A DNA stretch of 64,000 nucleotides from Blasia pusilla (lineage: Eukaryota), in NCBI GenBank assembly GCA_050084515.1, contig CM114271.1, positions 38,502,001-38,566,000 on the forward strand, written 5' to 3'. Below, one piece after another: positions 1 to 13,087 of this stretch (position 1 is the stretch's first letter; every line of letters starts with the position of its first letter). The notes under the pieces were generated by a model. It was not told the origin of the DNA and searched no databases. It saw only the letters and a program-made list of their open reading frames with translations. Both the position numbers and the translations under genes were made by a program.

Positions 1-2859
1 GTGGAAGTAGGTAACACATTCAATTTATTTTCTTGTGTTACTATATTTAAAGAGTTATGCTCTACAAGAGTGTAATAAGCGATGATTGTTCTTTTTTTTG
101 CTCTTTTTTTGCCTATGATATACCATTTATCTATTCTTGGCATGAAATTACTGCTTTCGGAAAATAGAATTTTCTACAATCAACATACATTAGAAGAAAA
201 GTATGGTTTTTTGACTCAACAACAAATTACTTGTGAAAAAATGACCCAAATTTCAATTGGTTGGATTAATTTCATCTTCTAACTTACCAAACTAATACCA
301 TCGAGTTGGATGATTTCATGGAGGAGTTTGATAGTTGGTGCGATGCATAGAGGATGCAGAACCAGCAGAGATTCAACCCCTATATGGCGTGGAAGGGACT
401 TTTTCAGCATCTAGAGGGCCCTTCCATGGATGATTACCACGAGTTTTGGATTCTCCATGAGGTAGAGATGGAGGCATGGAGACTATTTTGGTCTCCAAGA
501 TATGTGTCCCTCACAGGGCATGCGATGCATGATGTGGCGGCTGCAGTAGCACCCACTAACCCCACAGAGGAGACACTTGGAGGAGTTGTTGACTTGAGTC
601 TTATGAGTGTGACCAGCCGAGTACCACCTGCGTTCAACCCATTGGTTGAACGTTCAACCTAACAGTTGAGAGAGTTTTTGAGAGGTCTATGCATGGCTCT
701 GATGGTTGATCACAATGACTCATGGTGTGACAGAGGCGCAAGCGGTTCAGTTCTGGTATGCGATACTAGACCGCGAGTTGCATAAGACAGTGTGAGATGC
801 AACTCTCTTACATGTTGGTTCGCCTACTCTCAAGTTTTTATTTTTGTTGGCGGAGTGCATTGAGCTCAACATACTTGAGAGAGTTTTGATGACAGGCATG
901 TCATCTTCCAGGGAGACCACACAAGTGACAGTTTCTCCATGAGTGCCGCAACGCACTACTCAAGATAGAGTCATGGGACCGAGGGCTACGGGAGGATACC
1001 AAGAGCCACGACCACGACCAGTTCAGTCATACGCTGGGCAGCAAGGCTAAGGTATTTCTTGTTGGACGTGTAGAGGATCACATCGTCTGCGAGATTGTAG
1101 ATAGCAGAGTGGAGTGCAGGCAACACCATCAGCTGTATATGAGGCGGCCCAGGGGAGGCCACCCTTACCTCAGTGTAATCATTGGCAGAGATATGGGCAC
1201 TCACGTGAGAGATGTTTCGAGCTCCACCCTGAGCTATGCCTAGAGGGAGGTCGAGGACCTGGAGGTGGCAGAGGACAAGGTGCAGGTGGTCAAGGACGTG
1301 GTGAAGGCAAGATCCCACCACTAGCCAAAGCGAGTGCAACATTTGCATCAGAGGCAGCTTTGGCGAGGATTGCTCAGTTGGAGCAATGCATTCATGCTAT
1401 GACGGCACAACAGGCATCTACGTTAGGTGTAGGGGGCACGTTGACTTCCGGATCTGCTCGGGCCTAGGCAATGGCGGGAGATCTAGGAGGTATGGGATTT
1501 TTGTGCAACATCGCACAAGTGGATGCAGTGGTTACGAGAGGCGCGGTGAGAGCTTTTGAGCCACGAGGATCCGATGTGGAGTTGGATCCCAGAGGGGAGA
1601 GGCTTGCAGGCTGGCTAGACTTCCCCAGTCTTTCACATTGTCAGAGGCTCTTCGGACCCCAGCGATGGTCCCTAGACGGCCTTTGAGGAATGTTGTTATC
1701 GTAGATGCCGATGCAGTTAGAGGAGGGGGTGAGGTGACTACGTCTACTAGGCCTATGGAACATTCAACAGGGCCTATTACTAGCATGTTATGAGAGATGG
1801 CGACGGCTTTGTGTAGCGTCTCACTATTTACGGGTAGAGATTTTTTGACATATGGAGGTCGACCAGTTGAGGTTTTTTGGTTGGTGGCGATGCTCTGTGA
1901 GAGCGATGAGTTTAGTTCTTCTAGTGTTGAGACGCGCACAGGAGATGTGGCAGAGGTACCCTTGGAGCAGGTTCTCAGGATGAGAGCCATAGAGAGTTGG
2001 CATGCAGCAATGGCTAGATTGGCAGAGTTGCCAACTAAACCAGCGATAGAGGGTGCAACCGTCTCACCAGGAGTTGTTGTCTTGGACAACCGAGATGGAG
2101 TTTTCCAGTTGGTTGGTCCATCCAGAGTCATGTATCGAGTGCAAAGAGTGCTACTTGATTAGAGCACTACACCTTATGTTGTCGAAGGCGGCATGTGTAG
2201 CGATGGGATTGCAGAAGTGTGAGATCACTCCATGTCTATTCCATATTCAAACTTCACTAGGAGGCACATCCCTGACACAGTTCTTGACTCGCGATGAGAT
2301 TGTAGTGAGGATTCGACCCGATCATCCTACGAATAGTGCAATGGTGCGGACGCGAGCGGTTGTGACATCGGCCGAGTCTTATGATGTTTTGGTAGGGGCT
2401 ACCATATTGTATTCTCTCAAATTCACACTTGACTTTTGGGAGGAGACAACTTCCTATCGACCAAGTTGGAAATCAGGTGAGGGACGAGCCAGTCAGCTAC
2501 CCGTGCAGTATGCAGGGAAATTTGATGGTTCACTCTGAGGGTCAACCACAACAATTGTCGCTTATTGTGGCACATTATATTGGCATGGAGATTTAATGGA
2601 GGGGAATGCCGATGTAGAGGATATTCCTATAGAGGATACTCCTGAGGAGTGGCATGCGATGACGAGCGTGGCTACATCTGGTGGTGATACTTCTTCATCT
2701 TTGTGGGGAACGAGCATAGATTTGCAAAGGAGAGCAGACAAGCTTGTGAGTCAGGTGTGGAGCCGAGCCTATGCTCTAGAGCAAGATGGGAGAGATTTAC
2801 CACGTGCTCTAGGAGTGGAGACATTGACACCCTTGGACACCATACCGATTGTGTGGCAG

Positions 2860-3470
2860 TATCCTGAGGAGGGTGTACGTATACTAGATCTGTTTGGAGG
2901 GATTAGTACAACATTGGTTGCAGTGTTGCAGGCCAGAGTACAAGTACAACAATACTTGTATGTTGAGAGAGATGACACTGCACGTAGAGTCTCACTACAT
3001 CATGTGTCGAGACTAGTCCAACAATAGGACCAACAGTGATGTTGAATGCGGCGAGTGTTGGATCGTGCACACACCGTCCACGATTGTAGGGGACGAACTT
3101 TTTACCATCTGAGTTACTACGACGGGCTTTTGATGGAGTCCAAAGACCATTACTACTTACAGTGGATGCAATCTTGGATCTAGGGCGGCAATCTCAGGTT
3201 GTTACTCGTGATGATGTACCACCGTTGGCAGTGGCCAATCGGGTGGGCCAGTAGAGGGCAACATCGCCTACGTTGGTGAGTTTTTTTGTAAGGGAGGACC
3301 AGCCATGATATGGGATGACTAGGCAGGTACACTAGTGGAGCCCAACGCTGACGAGCGAGAGCGAGCTATGGGATTCTCTACAGGTACGACAGCGGTGCCT
3401 ATGATGGCACAAGCGTCTCGCACACAAGTAGTGGGTCAGGCTATGGACCTGAATTTTCTTACTTTGGTGT
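2860..3470 (+). pseudogene. DNMT3-like cytosine-5 DNA methyltransferase domain inside the Gypsy pol, internally deleted
   Basis: Motif I ILDLFGGIST (2881-2910), motif II YLYVERDDTA, motif VIII GPTVMLNAASVGSCTHRPRL*GTNFLP (from 3027), motif IX ERERAMGFSTGTT (~3353-3391), motif X RTQVVGQAMD (~3419-3448). PC and ENV motifs are absent at the frame break near 3025-3027. Confidence 0.85.
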
Positions 3471-3772
3471 TCAATCTTGGTTTGGCTGAGCAGAGATAGA
3501 TGCAAGAGGCGTTTGTGACATTACGTCCACTTTGCAGCGCAGCATCTACTGGGACAGGTGAGACACTGGCTGGGGGCGCGATGGTGATGTAGAGGCATCC
3601 ATGGACTTCATGGGACATGTTATGAGAGCATAGAGAGATGGGAGTTCATTTCGTTGATGCAGGACATAGTGGAGTGCAAGACATAGTGGTGTTTGAGTTG
3701 GGAGCGCATGTTGCTGCTCCAGAAGTTGCTAGTTAGCAACCACCACCCTCCCCTTCTCCAGAGGTCACAAGA

Positions 3773-5210
3773 GTGACTTGGGAGCCAATGATTGGTCCTA
3801 AGTTGACAGGAGCGCAGAGGAGACGAGTGTTGCAGTTCTTGTGGAAATTCACGGAATGTTTTGCATATAGTATGCACGACTTGGGTACGCTGAAGAGTCC
3901 ACGTATTTGGATCGAGTTGGATAGTGATACTCCTATCTTTCGACGACCCTACGCATATTCTGACATGGAGCGAGCCTTTATTCAAAGTAAGAGTCGAGAC
4001 TTGGCTGACACTAGATTGGTGGAGAGATCATTGGGAGAGTATGTATCTGCCAATGTTATGCCGGCGAAGAAAGACATGCACGGCCAATGGACCGATAGGT
4101 AGATGTGTGGGGATTACCGTCCTATCAATCTGCATACGAAGGCCAATCGCTATGCTATGCCTACTCTCGATGAGATCTTTGATGCGTTGGGGCATGCAAG
4201 GATCTTTAGTTGTTTGGATCTCCATGCTGGCTATCATCAGTGGCCCATCCGAGTGAAGGACAAGAAGAAGACAACATTTTGGGGGATAGATCCTTTCGGG
4301 AAGGATTGTTTGTATAAGTGGCGGTTCTTACCATTTGGGTTGAAGAATGCCCTTGCGGGTTTTCAACGAGTTATGGATAGGATTTTGGCTGGTTTGGATT
4401 ATGCAAGATGTTACATTGATCACATTATCGTCTTCAGTGCCACGGTTGAGGAGCATGAGAGACATCTGGAGGAGGTGTTTCAATGATTGCAGTTATATGG
4501 GCTCAAGTTACATCCAGGCAAGTGCAGGTTCTTTCATGACCAGATTGAGTACCTTTGACACAAAATTTATCGAGGGGGTATTGGAGTTCAACAGACAAAG
4601 GTGGAAGCCATAGCGCGCATTCCCCGCCCTACAGATGTGAGTCGAGTTTGAGCTTTCATGGGATTGGCAAACTACTACCATTGGTACGTGAAGGGCTTTA
4701 GTGCGATTGCGAAGGCATTCACTTTGCTAACTAGGTTGGACCAAGAGTGGTTTTGGGGAGATCATTAGGAGCGAGCATTTCAAGAGCTCAAGGACAAGTT
4801 GACGTCCTCACTCATTTTGAGAAGACCTATGCGTGGTCGTTCGTTCCAGTTACATATGGACTGGAGTATGTTGGGGTTAGGAGCGGTGCTCACTCAGAGA
4901 GATGATGAGGGGAAGGAGTTTGTAGTGGCATATGCGAGCCGCTCGAACAACGTTGCCGAGGCAAAGTACAATTCCTATGAGGGGGAGTGCTTAGTTGCAG
5001 TGTGGACAGTGGCCCATTTCAGATGTTATTTGTTCGGGAACCCTTTCACGCTCATCACTGATCATCAACCATCTGAGTGGTTGATGAAGTCTGACAAGCT
5101 TACAGGGAAGCTTGCCAGATGGTCACTCTTGTTGCAGGAGTATGATTTTCAGGTTGTCCATCACCCAGGACGTCTGAACCAGGATGCGGACGGGTTGAGC
5201 CATAACCCAT
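3773..5210 (+). pseudogene. Reverse transcriptase and RNase H of the Gypsy element (broken by stops)
   Basis: ORFs 3773-4102, 4103-4486 and 4799-5326 share one frame and carry standard Ty3 RT and RNase H motifs. Confidence 0.95.
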
Positions 5211-5569
5211 GCACGAGCCAGAGCGATGCGACTGGAGCGCGGTGGCATAGTGAGAGTTATGAGGAGATGGTGCCATGTTGGCACACATCTGCCTATTTGT
5301 GTATGTTGGCTATGTTAGGTCAGTAGGAGGCATTCACTCCAGGAGGGAGGTTGGATGGTGAGTCCTCACATCCAGATGCTAGTGAGGAGTCGGCAAGGAC
5401 CGGAGACATCCACGATGATGAGATGGTCTTGGAGTACCTACGCACTAGTGTCCTAGCAAGCACAGTGGGTGCTAGAGAGCGGGATCAAGTCCTACAGCGA
5501 GCCAAAAGGTTCGGGTGGGAGGGGACGCATGTGCTTCAAGTTTGGGACAATGGACGAGTGCGGATGGTG

Positions 5570-6327
5570 CCGCATCCTTCGCAGCGAGCACGAGTCGTGA
5601 GATATGCTCACGAGGAGTTAGGGCATCTCAGAGTCAAGCGTATGTATAGCTTGATTCAGATTTAGTATTGGTGGCGTGGTATGCAGACAGATGTTCATCA
5701 ATTTGTAGCCAGATGCATTCTATGTGATAGGGTGCGGGCATCCTTCAATGCTGCGACACCACACTTGTATCCTTTACCGATCATGGGATTAGGGTATCGT
5801 TGGAGTTAAGACTTTGCAGAGCCTTTACCATTGACGAGACGCCATAGTCGGTACGTGTTGGTCATGGTGGAGCACTTCTCCTAGTGGATTGAGTTGGTAG
5901 CGTTTCTGGATAGGTCGAGTGAGGGAGTGGCTTGTGCATTTCTTGATAGAGTGCTTAGTCATTTTGGCGCATCAGGAGAGGTGTTGACAGACCATGGTAT
6001 TGAGTTTAGGGATGACTTTCAAGCCTTGTGTGATGAGACACTAATAGATCATCATACGACTTCTCGAGACGATCCAGAGGCAGATGGTTTGGCATAGAGA
6101 GTTGTGCAGACTGTGAAGAGAGGATTGTGTAAGTATGGACTCCAAAGAGGACACTTGGGACATTGGGACTGGTTGGCGATGGGTTACCGCTTCAGTCGGC
6201 AGGCATCCTTAGCATCATTCTCACCGTATTTCTTGCTCTATGGGAGAGAGCCATAGTTACCATCGTCGATTCGACGAGATGTGGTTGAGGTACTTGACCT
6301 TGACGATCCAGACGTATGGGTGCAGAC
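5570..6327 (+). pseudogene. Integrase of the Gypsy element (zinc-binding region and DDE core), truncated at the 3' end
   Basis: AHEELGHLRVKRMYSLIQI*YWWRGMQTDV...CILCDRVRASF; YVLVMVEHFS*WIELVA; SPYFLLYGR. Similarity ends abruptly near 6327. Confidence 0.9.
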
Positions 6328-7250
6328 TCCCGGCTGCTCCGGAGTACGAGTATGACGCCAAACTGCTGGTAAAGCACAAAGATTTGCTGACACTCGGTTG
6401 TGTAACGTCTAATCGCCTGGGCAGGAATGGCTACAAGGCTACTTCGCTGTCACCGCCATTGTTTGGACAGTTTTGCAAGCATTTGATGACATTATTTTAT
6501 CCCTCTTGATCTTACTACCTAACAAATAAGCTCGTCAAGATGTGCTATATCCTTTGTCGACGGGCACGTACAAGCAATGTTGGAGGCGCTTCATCCGAGC
6601 ACGAAGGCATTCTTGTCTCCTTTTTTAATCCATCTATATATTCATAAGCAAGAATTGACGGCAAAGGAAGCGCTAGATTGGTCGCAGGTCATTCCCGTCC
6701 GCTTGCCAAGAAAGAGCGGAGCGGTCACTAGTGGGAGCAAGAAGTCACCTCCCATGCGAAGCAGCCCCAAAGCAACATCCGCATACTTCGGCTTCAGGGA
6801 AAGCCGAGGAGTTCACCGAATTGCGAAGACTAAAGCGTGGCAGGGTCAATTTCGAAACACCCTCGGAACCAGAACCCGCAACTCATGAGGACTCCAATGA
6901 GACGCCTCGTGCTAGCGATCACCGTCCTACACTTCGTCCCATGTCCCAGACAGCCAACGAAAATCTGAGTAGTAAAAATGGCTCACCCGGCCTAAAACTC
7001 CACTCATGAATCTACATCGGCATATCGAACCACATCCATCCTTTGCTATGAGGGAATCCTGATGCTAGCACCCTAGCTCTTATACACCCACACACGTATA
7101 TGCAAGAGAGGTGCTCCTAAGGCTCAATATGAGAACGATGGCTTGAGAAAGCCATCTCTCTCACTCTTATACCCTTCGGAAGAGCCAAAAGGGTCGTCAC
7201 CAAGAAATAGCCTTACCAACGGCAACCTACGTGCACAAGTTAGTAAATTA
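6328..7250 (+). other. Decayed coding-like segment joined to the truncated integrase, probably an accessory ORF of another TE
   Basis: Abrupt junction and composition change, followed by broken ORFs (GRNGYKAT..., FLSPFLIHLY...). Family not identified. Confidence 0.3.
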
Positions 7251-8439
7251 CCGAGTGATCGTTGACCCGATCAACGGGTTACCTGATGGAATAAAACCAC
7301 AATAGGAAAATCATCATAAACGACATTCCCGACGCAATAGACCTGTTGCCAACCTCATCCCACATCTCAAGATGAAGTTACACTCGAACAATCCGTTGAC
7401 TCTCTATGTTGTCGAAGGGATGGAACTCTATCTACGTCAAAATAGGATGTGACACATTCCACAATGCTTGCTCTTATGTATTCCACCTCTTTAAATGAGA
7501 GAACAACTATAGGCTATTTCCTTGAAGCCCAACTTATAAGTGAACTTCCCAAGCTTGTATACTCTTAAGATAAATGTAGAATGTTCATTACATGTGCTTC
7601 TTATCTAATCAACATCAATAAATCCTTGCATTGATAAACTTAGAGAAGGTCCAAATTCAACCCCAAACTAAACAAATAACTTTACAAATCGCATAATCCT
7701 CCTCATAACTTCAAGACGAGGTTTCTATGGCACTTGCATGAATTGACTTACCAAGCCAATTTTATAGATCAAGTTTGACGTGGTAATCGTCATGTAAATC
7801 AAACCAAGATTACACAAAAAAATCGAAGTAAAATAGGTTCAAACTTCACACGGCCCATTCCACTTTTGAATCTTCATATGGTCATCAATCTATATCCATC
7901 CTTTTCCATGAGAGAATTTGGACTTTAGTGACTTCTACCAAAGCATAAATTGATGAGTGCTCCATAGGCTCAACATGAGAAAGGGGGCGAGTGAGAGCCC
8001 CCTCCATGACCTCCCCACGTTTTCTACCCTTGGGAAGACCCAAAATAGCTCTTCCCCCAAAAATAACCCTAAATGATAACCTACATACACAAGTTACCAC
8101 ATGACTATTGACCTGGTCAACATATCACCTTCGGCCCCTTGAAAGAGAAAATTAGTGGAGTTTTCTAAAACTATGATCGAGACTCAACAGAATTGTAGCC
8201 AATCTTATTCGACCACTCAAAAATAAGTTATGTTGGAACAACATATTGAATCCCTACACCATCAACACCGTAAAACTCCATATGTTGGCCAACTATAATG
8301 TAACAAGTGTTGTGCACATATACATTGGTGCACAATCTACATCGTTGTTCATATCTACACAACAAACACTATTGATCTTACAAATATATAGGTAGATCAA
8401 GAAATATACAAAAATATATCCACACATATACAAGATCAC

Positions 8440-8800
8440 ACAATCGTCCCCCTAACACCCATCACATCCACTTGATATACTCTACTATCCTATGCTCATG
8501 CGAGACAAACCCATCATCATGTGGGAATTGCATCAAGAGGGGGGATCAAGCATCATTAAAGCACAACATATGCCATTCTCTAGAACAACCATCACAAACC
8601 AATATGGTGGTTGCACCTCCAACATATCCACGCAACATGCACCTCAAGCCCGCCACCACCATTTCCAAATTTGGATCAATATTTCCCTACCACATTTGGA
8701 AGATATTATGACAAAAAATCGCATATATGTCCATTCCAAACCATACCTTTGCATCCATCCAACATCAGGACTCTGATAGGTAACACCTTCTACATATGAA
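8440..8800 (-). mobile_element. Highly decayed Gypsy fragment (RNase H to integrase linker and zinc-binding region)
   Basis: The reverse complement resembles 5500-5700 of the first element (aaaggtatggtttggaatggacatatatgcg vs aaaaggttcgggtgggaggggacgcatgtg). Confidence 0.45.
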
Positions 8801-9159
8801 AAATTTTGGGTCCTACAATAACATCTAGCCTCCTTGATATCACCTCCTATAAGTACACAAACTTTCCAAGATGGAATCTCCCAATCTTTGGACTATAGCC
8901 TCCTCTTCCACGAATGAGCATATATTTCAAAGGATCTATGTGTTGAGCAATAACCAAGTTCTCAAATGCCATGGACATAACGCTATGAAAAATCTCCATC
9001 CTATAAGAATATGCTAGTACCTATATATGCATGCAGTCAAGATCCCAAAACCTCTATCATGTCACCTCAAATATTTGTCGATAAATTATGCTCGCTCTCG
9101 TGGAGCTAAAATTGCAGTGAAAATGACGTCAAGCATACATGCAAAGTGAAACGATATCA

Positions 9160-9660
9160 CATAACCAACTATGGCAATTGTAGGTCTCACACTCATTGCA
9201 AGTCATACTTGTGTAATACTCTCTTCACCGTCTCTACTACTCTCTTCACCAATCCATCCGCCTTAGGATGATCCCTAGATATGGTGTGCTCATATTTCAA
9301 TGCATGATCATATAAGGCTTGAAACTCTCCTCAAAGCCCGATACCCTGGTCAGTCAACACCTCTAAGGGTACATTGCAACAACTCAATACACAATCTATA
9401 AATATATAAGTTTGCCTCTCCCTCACTATCACTATTTGCTAGTGCTACCAACTCAATCCACTTAGAGATATACCCCAACATGACCAACACGTACCTGTGA
9501 TAACGCCCCAACAATGGCAAAGGTCTCGTGAAGTCTACACTCCACAAATAGCATGATCTTGTGATTGGAATGGGAGCATTGAAGGATTCTTGTACTCTTA
9601 TCACACACCATATACATGGCTACTACTAAATGTTGTTTTGCATACCACACCACCTTTATT
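9160..9660 (-). mobile_element. Second Gypsy integrase-core fragment, related to the element at 300-6327, in opposite orientation
   Basis: RVQESFNAP...WSVDFTRPLPL...RYVLVMLGYISKWIELVAL...SEG aligns with RVRASFNAA...WS*DFAEPLPL...RYVLVMVEHFS*WIELVAF...SEG at 5730-5930. Confidence 0.85.
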
Positions 9661-9674
9661 GAACATTGAGTAAG

Positions 9675-10008
9675 TTCATCCTTCCCAACGAGTAAATATT
9701 ATGTGATGTTCCCACTAGGACATTTTGGAGTAAAACGCTTACTCCAAGATGTCAAGACTTCTAGTGGGAACGTCACACAATATATACTCGTTGGGAAGGA
9801 TGAAGCATTACCCACACTCTACTATCCTCTTCTGCGAGTACTCCCGACAAGTATATATTGTATGACATCCCCACTAGGAGTCCAGACATTTTGGAGGAAA
9901 AACACTTTACTCCAAAATGTCCGGACTCCTAATGGGAACGTCACACAATATATATTCGTTAGGAAGGATGAAGCACCGCCCACACTCTATTATCCTCTTA
10001 TGCAAGTA
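9675..10008. repeat. Two tandem copies (~170-bp unit) of a ~130-bp near-perfect hairpin
   Basis: The left arm ttcatccttcccaacgagta...ttcccactag pairs with ctagtgggaa...tactcgttgggaaggatgaa (9675-9804). A second copy lies at ~9842-9965. Both are followed by the same tail cccacactcta(c/t)tatcctctt. Confidence 0.85.
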
Positions 10009-11599
10009 AAATGCATATGTCTTCCCATCTTAACCTCTTTGACTGTGTAGGATATGATCCCCATCCCTAGCACTCACTCTACTCACTAGGATACTAATCC
10101 CCATATCCCCAACCTCCTTATCTTCATGGATATGACGACTATCCATTGTGTCCTCCCTAACCTTCCCATCTAAAGACTTACCATCTTATCCTTCTATTAG
10201 AGTGGCAACAACCCATTGACATGACATATGCAACTAACATAGGAAGGAAGATGCATACTAATTGGTCACCATCTCCTCATAATTCTTGTATTGCCCATCA
10301 AATTCATGTATCATTTCTCTATCTCAAAAATGGGTTGGGACCCACAATCCATTTGCAACTTGATTTAGTCTATTATATTTATGAACCACAAGAAAATTGT
10401 ACTCTAGTAACAATAAAATCCACCTAGCATTTTCTTCAATAAACTTTTCGGATTCTATCACCCATTTTAAATACAAACATAGAAAACAATATGAAAATGA
10501 TAATAAAGGGAAGGAGATGCCAAATTGCCGATGTCCTAATGGATGATTTTATTCTTGATGATGGAGAAATCATGCCCATAATCCTAAGAGATAGAAGGAA
10601 GGGGTGAAGTGTGAGTTCTTCCCCCTAGTTGTTGTGGTCTTGAAGAGGTAGATGATAAGTGGCAACTTTCCAGGTGGATTCCATCCCTTTCTCTCAAATG
10701 TAGAACCCGAAGTCGAACATTTCTGAAAAGAATGGTGAAGTTGCAAAAATGTGACGAATTGTGGTGGAGTTGGAAAAGAAAATTAGTAAAATCCATTGTA
10801 ATATGTTGAAAGAGCTCAGATTTGGTTACCAATCACCATTCCTACAATGTCTCCTAAATATTCACACCAATTTTGACGTCTCTGAACTGTTGAATACCAT
10901 CTCCATCCATGCCTTCTACCCAGAGCCCGGTGTACTTGCTAGTAAAACTAATTGCAATAGTTGACTTTCAGGTGACCATATCCGATTCCTTTATGATGCA
11001 CTTGCCACTTCCACCCAATTTCGAGGGATTCAATATGCAGCATTGTACATCGATGTGTCAGTTCAGTGTTTTCCCTTCTAATGAACAGACTGAACACTCT
11101 TCTGGGTAAGCATACTTTATTGCAATTCCTATCTCATCTTCACATCTTTTACTGTGGTGAGAACACTTCGACTATGTTAGTTGCTCTTTCTAAACTTCAC
11201 ATTCTAGACTAAATTCTGTTCCCAAAGCTGAAGTTGCTTTCTCCTTGGACTTAAATCAATAAATTCCAGTTTCAAAGCTGCTATTACTCTCTGTACATTC
11301 TAAACTAGTTTCTATGTCCAAAGCTGCTGATGCACAACTGATGGTCCTAATCTTTTTAGGGTATACCAATCGTGAGGCAGGGAGTGCTTTGTAAAATTAT
11401 TTCAACTTTGCACTTGGTGAGAGTCTACCTCCTTTCAATTGGTACATAGGAAGTATTGCTTCCTGTGTGCCTACTCCTCTCTCTGCTCTTACTCTATGAG
11501 AGTCTTTCATGTGATATTCTTTTGTTTCTCTCCCTGAACTCCAGTCTCTTATGTGCTACCTTCTCACTGCTGCCTCCAGATCCACCTGGATCTCTGGTG

Positions 11600-12430
11600 T
11601 CTTATCAGGACAGGATCTATCATGCAAACACCTACTTAATGAGTGCATTCTCTACTCGAATCCATTCCATACCTCCTCCCTCGGCAAGACATCAAGATTT
11701 CTGTTAAGTACACACCAGTGGGCCAAGCATGATCATATTGACAATAAGGAGGTTTCAGTAGATCATCACGGATCCAAATGGTAAGGAGAAGAATCCAAAG
11801 TTTTGTCAATGAAAATAACCTTACCATCCCTCGACTAGGCCACAATCTGGGCATGAAATTCAAGCTCCCATCTCCCAATAACTCGGACACAGCATTCGAC
11901 ACCCCAGAACAGCAACATATCACAGTCTGCACATTCAATCCCTGGCAAGCATGCCTGACTGAAACTAACCAAAATCAATCAGGAATCTGACTTTCAGAGT
12001 CATTTCACATGATACTACCCACAATGATTTCATACAGCTCTCCAAATTGCTATAGCTTACAGTTTGACACCTTCCCTTGGAGATTTGAGACAGACAGGAC
12101 CCATGGTCCGAGTGGTTGATTCTATCTTTTACAAGCCTTGCTTGCCTTTCCTGTGCATTGTACAAACGAATCTGAGCCAGATGTACACAAAGTGCTCGAA
12201 AATTCAAAAAATGTCTCTCAACAGACCTGCAAAGACCTGCATGATGATACTAAATTGAAAGAGGGTCAACCACAGCCTGTGTACACCCTCTATCATGCAG
12301 TCAACAATTGATCTCCTCTCCTTGCCACCTCCCAGCAACTATAGTTGATTTTGGTCCCAAACTGTTGGACCTCCCTAATCCTCCCATCCACCAACTGCCT
12401 AGGGATGCGATGTTACGGAAACTATAGCAC
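11600..12430 (-). mobile_element. Possible ancient L1-type LINE 3' relic
   Basis: A GGLG motif (~12370-12400) followed downstream by zf-RVT-like CPDCGLVE (~11830-11855) and a W-rich segment. Very degenerate. Confidence 0.3.
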
Positions 12431-13087
12431 AAGTAGGACTGAAGGGATGTAAAAAATATGCTCATGGCATTAGTTGGCATTGAGACATAAATCGTTTGCA
12501 CACTCCATTCTCCAAACCTCAGCTCTTGTTGTCTGTTCAGCCTGCACACTATACAGTAGGGATCTGCTGCCATGTGAGAACAGGAGGTGGAAGTAGAGCA
12601 GAGTCCTCAGGCAGAAGTTGTAACAAACAACCTCCAGCAGGTTGTAATTGAAGCTGCTTCCATAGCTGACTTTAAGGCTTTGAGCCACCCCCTGTTCATG
12701 CATGCACAAATGTAAACTCTCTGATCACCTGGTAATTTCAAAGCATGTCCAGACGAACAAGATTCTAACCTGGGCAAGAATCCGAGGGAACATCATCCAA
12801 TAACTCCTATACTCTGCAAAAAAAAGTTAAAGCTCAAGTTAAACATTCAACTACCTAAGAATTCTAAACCTTTGGTGTTGGATCGCTACCAGAGGTGATC
12901 TCCAACATTACGCAACACCTCTTCAAGTAGTCCTGTGTTCAGACTCAATGCCCTCAGATGTCAGATGTGAGAATTCGCTGGATGCTGAGACCCTGGAAAA
13001 TGGAAGTGGAAATCATCCAATTGCACCTTGATCGCATCTCAGCACCATGCAGACATTTTGCGCTCCAAAACTGGGGGCATACTGATG

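Larger units (their letters stand above)
300..6327 (+). mobile_element. Degenerate Ty3/Gypsy LTR retrotransposon internal region (gag-PR-[C5-MTase]-RT-RH-INT); no LTRs visible
   Basis: Gypsy domain order. Degenerate CCHC knuckle CNHWQRYGHSRERC (~1174-1215). Protease VLLD* and YDVLVGATIL (~2148-2410). RT motifs RMCGDYRPIN, LDLHAGYHQ, PFGLKNA and CYIDHII (YxDD mutated). RNase H motifs DWSMLGLGAVL, YASRS, EGECL, ITDHQP. Integrase HHCC region AHEELGH...CILCDR, then core RWS*DF, VLTDHGIEF, DPEADGLA*R. Many in-frame stops and frameshifts. Confidence 0.95.

Noticed and set aside
10660-10730. RDGIHL word on the minus strand, resembling an SGNH esterase motif
   Set aside because: No GDS or GxND motif was found upstream; probably chance.
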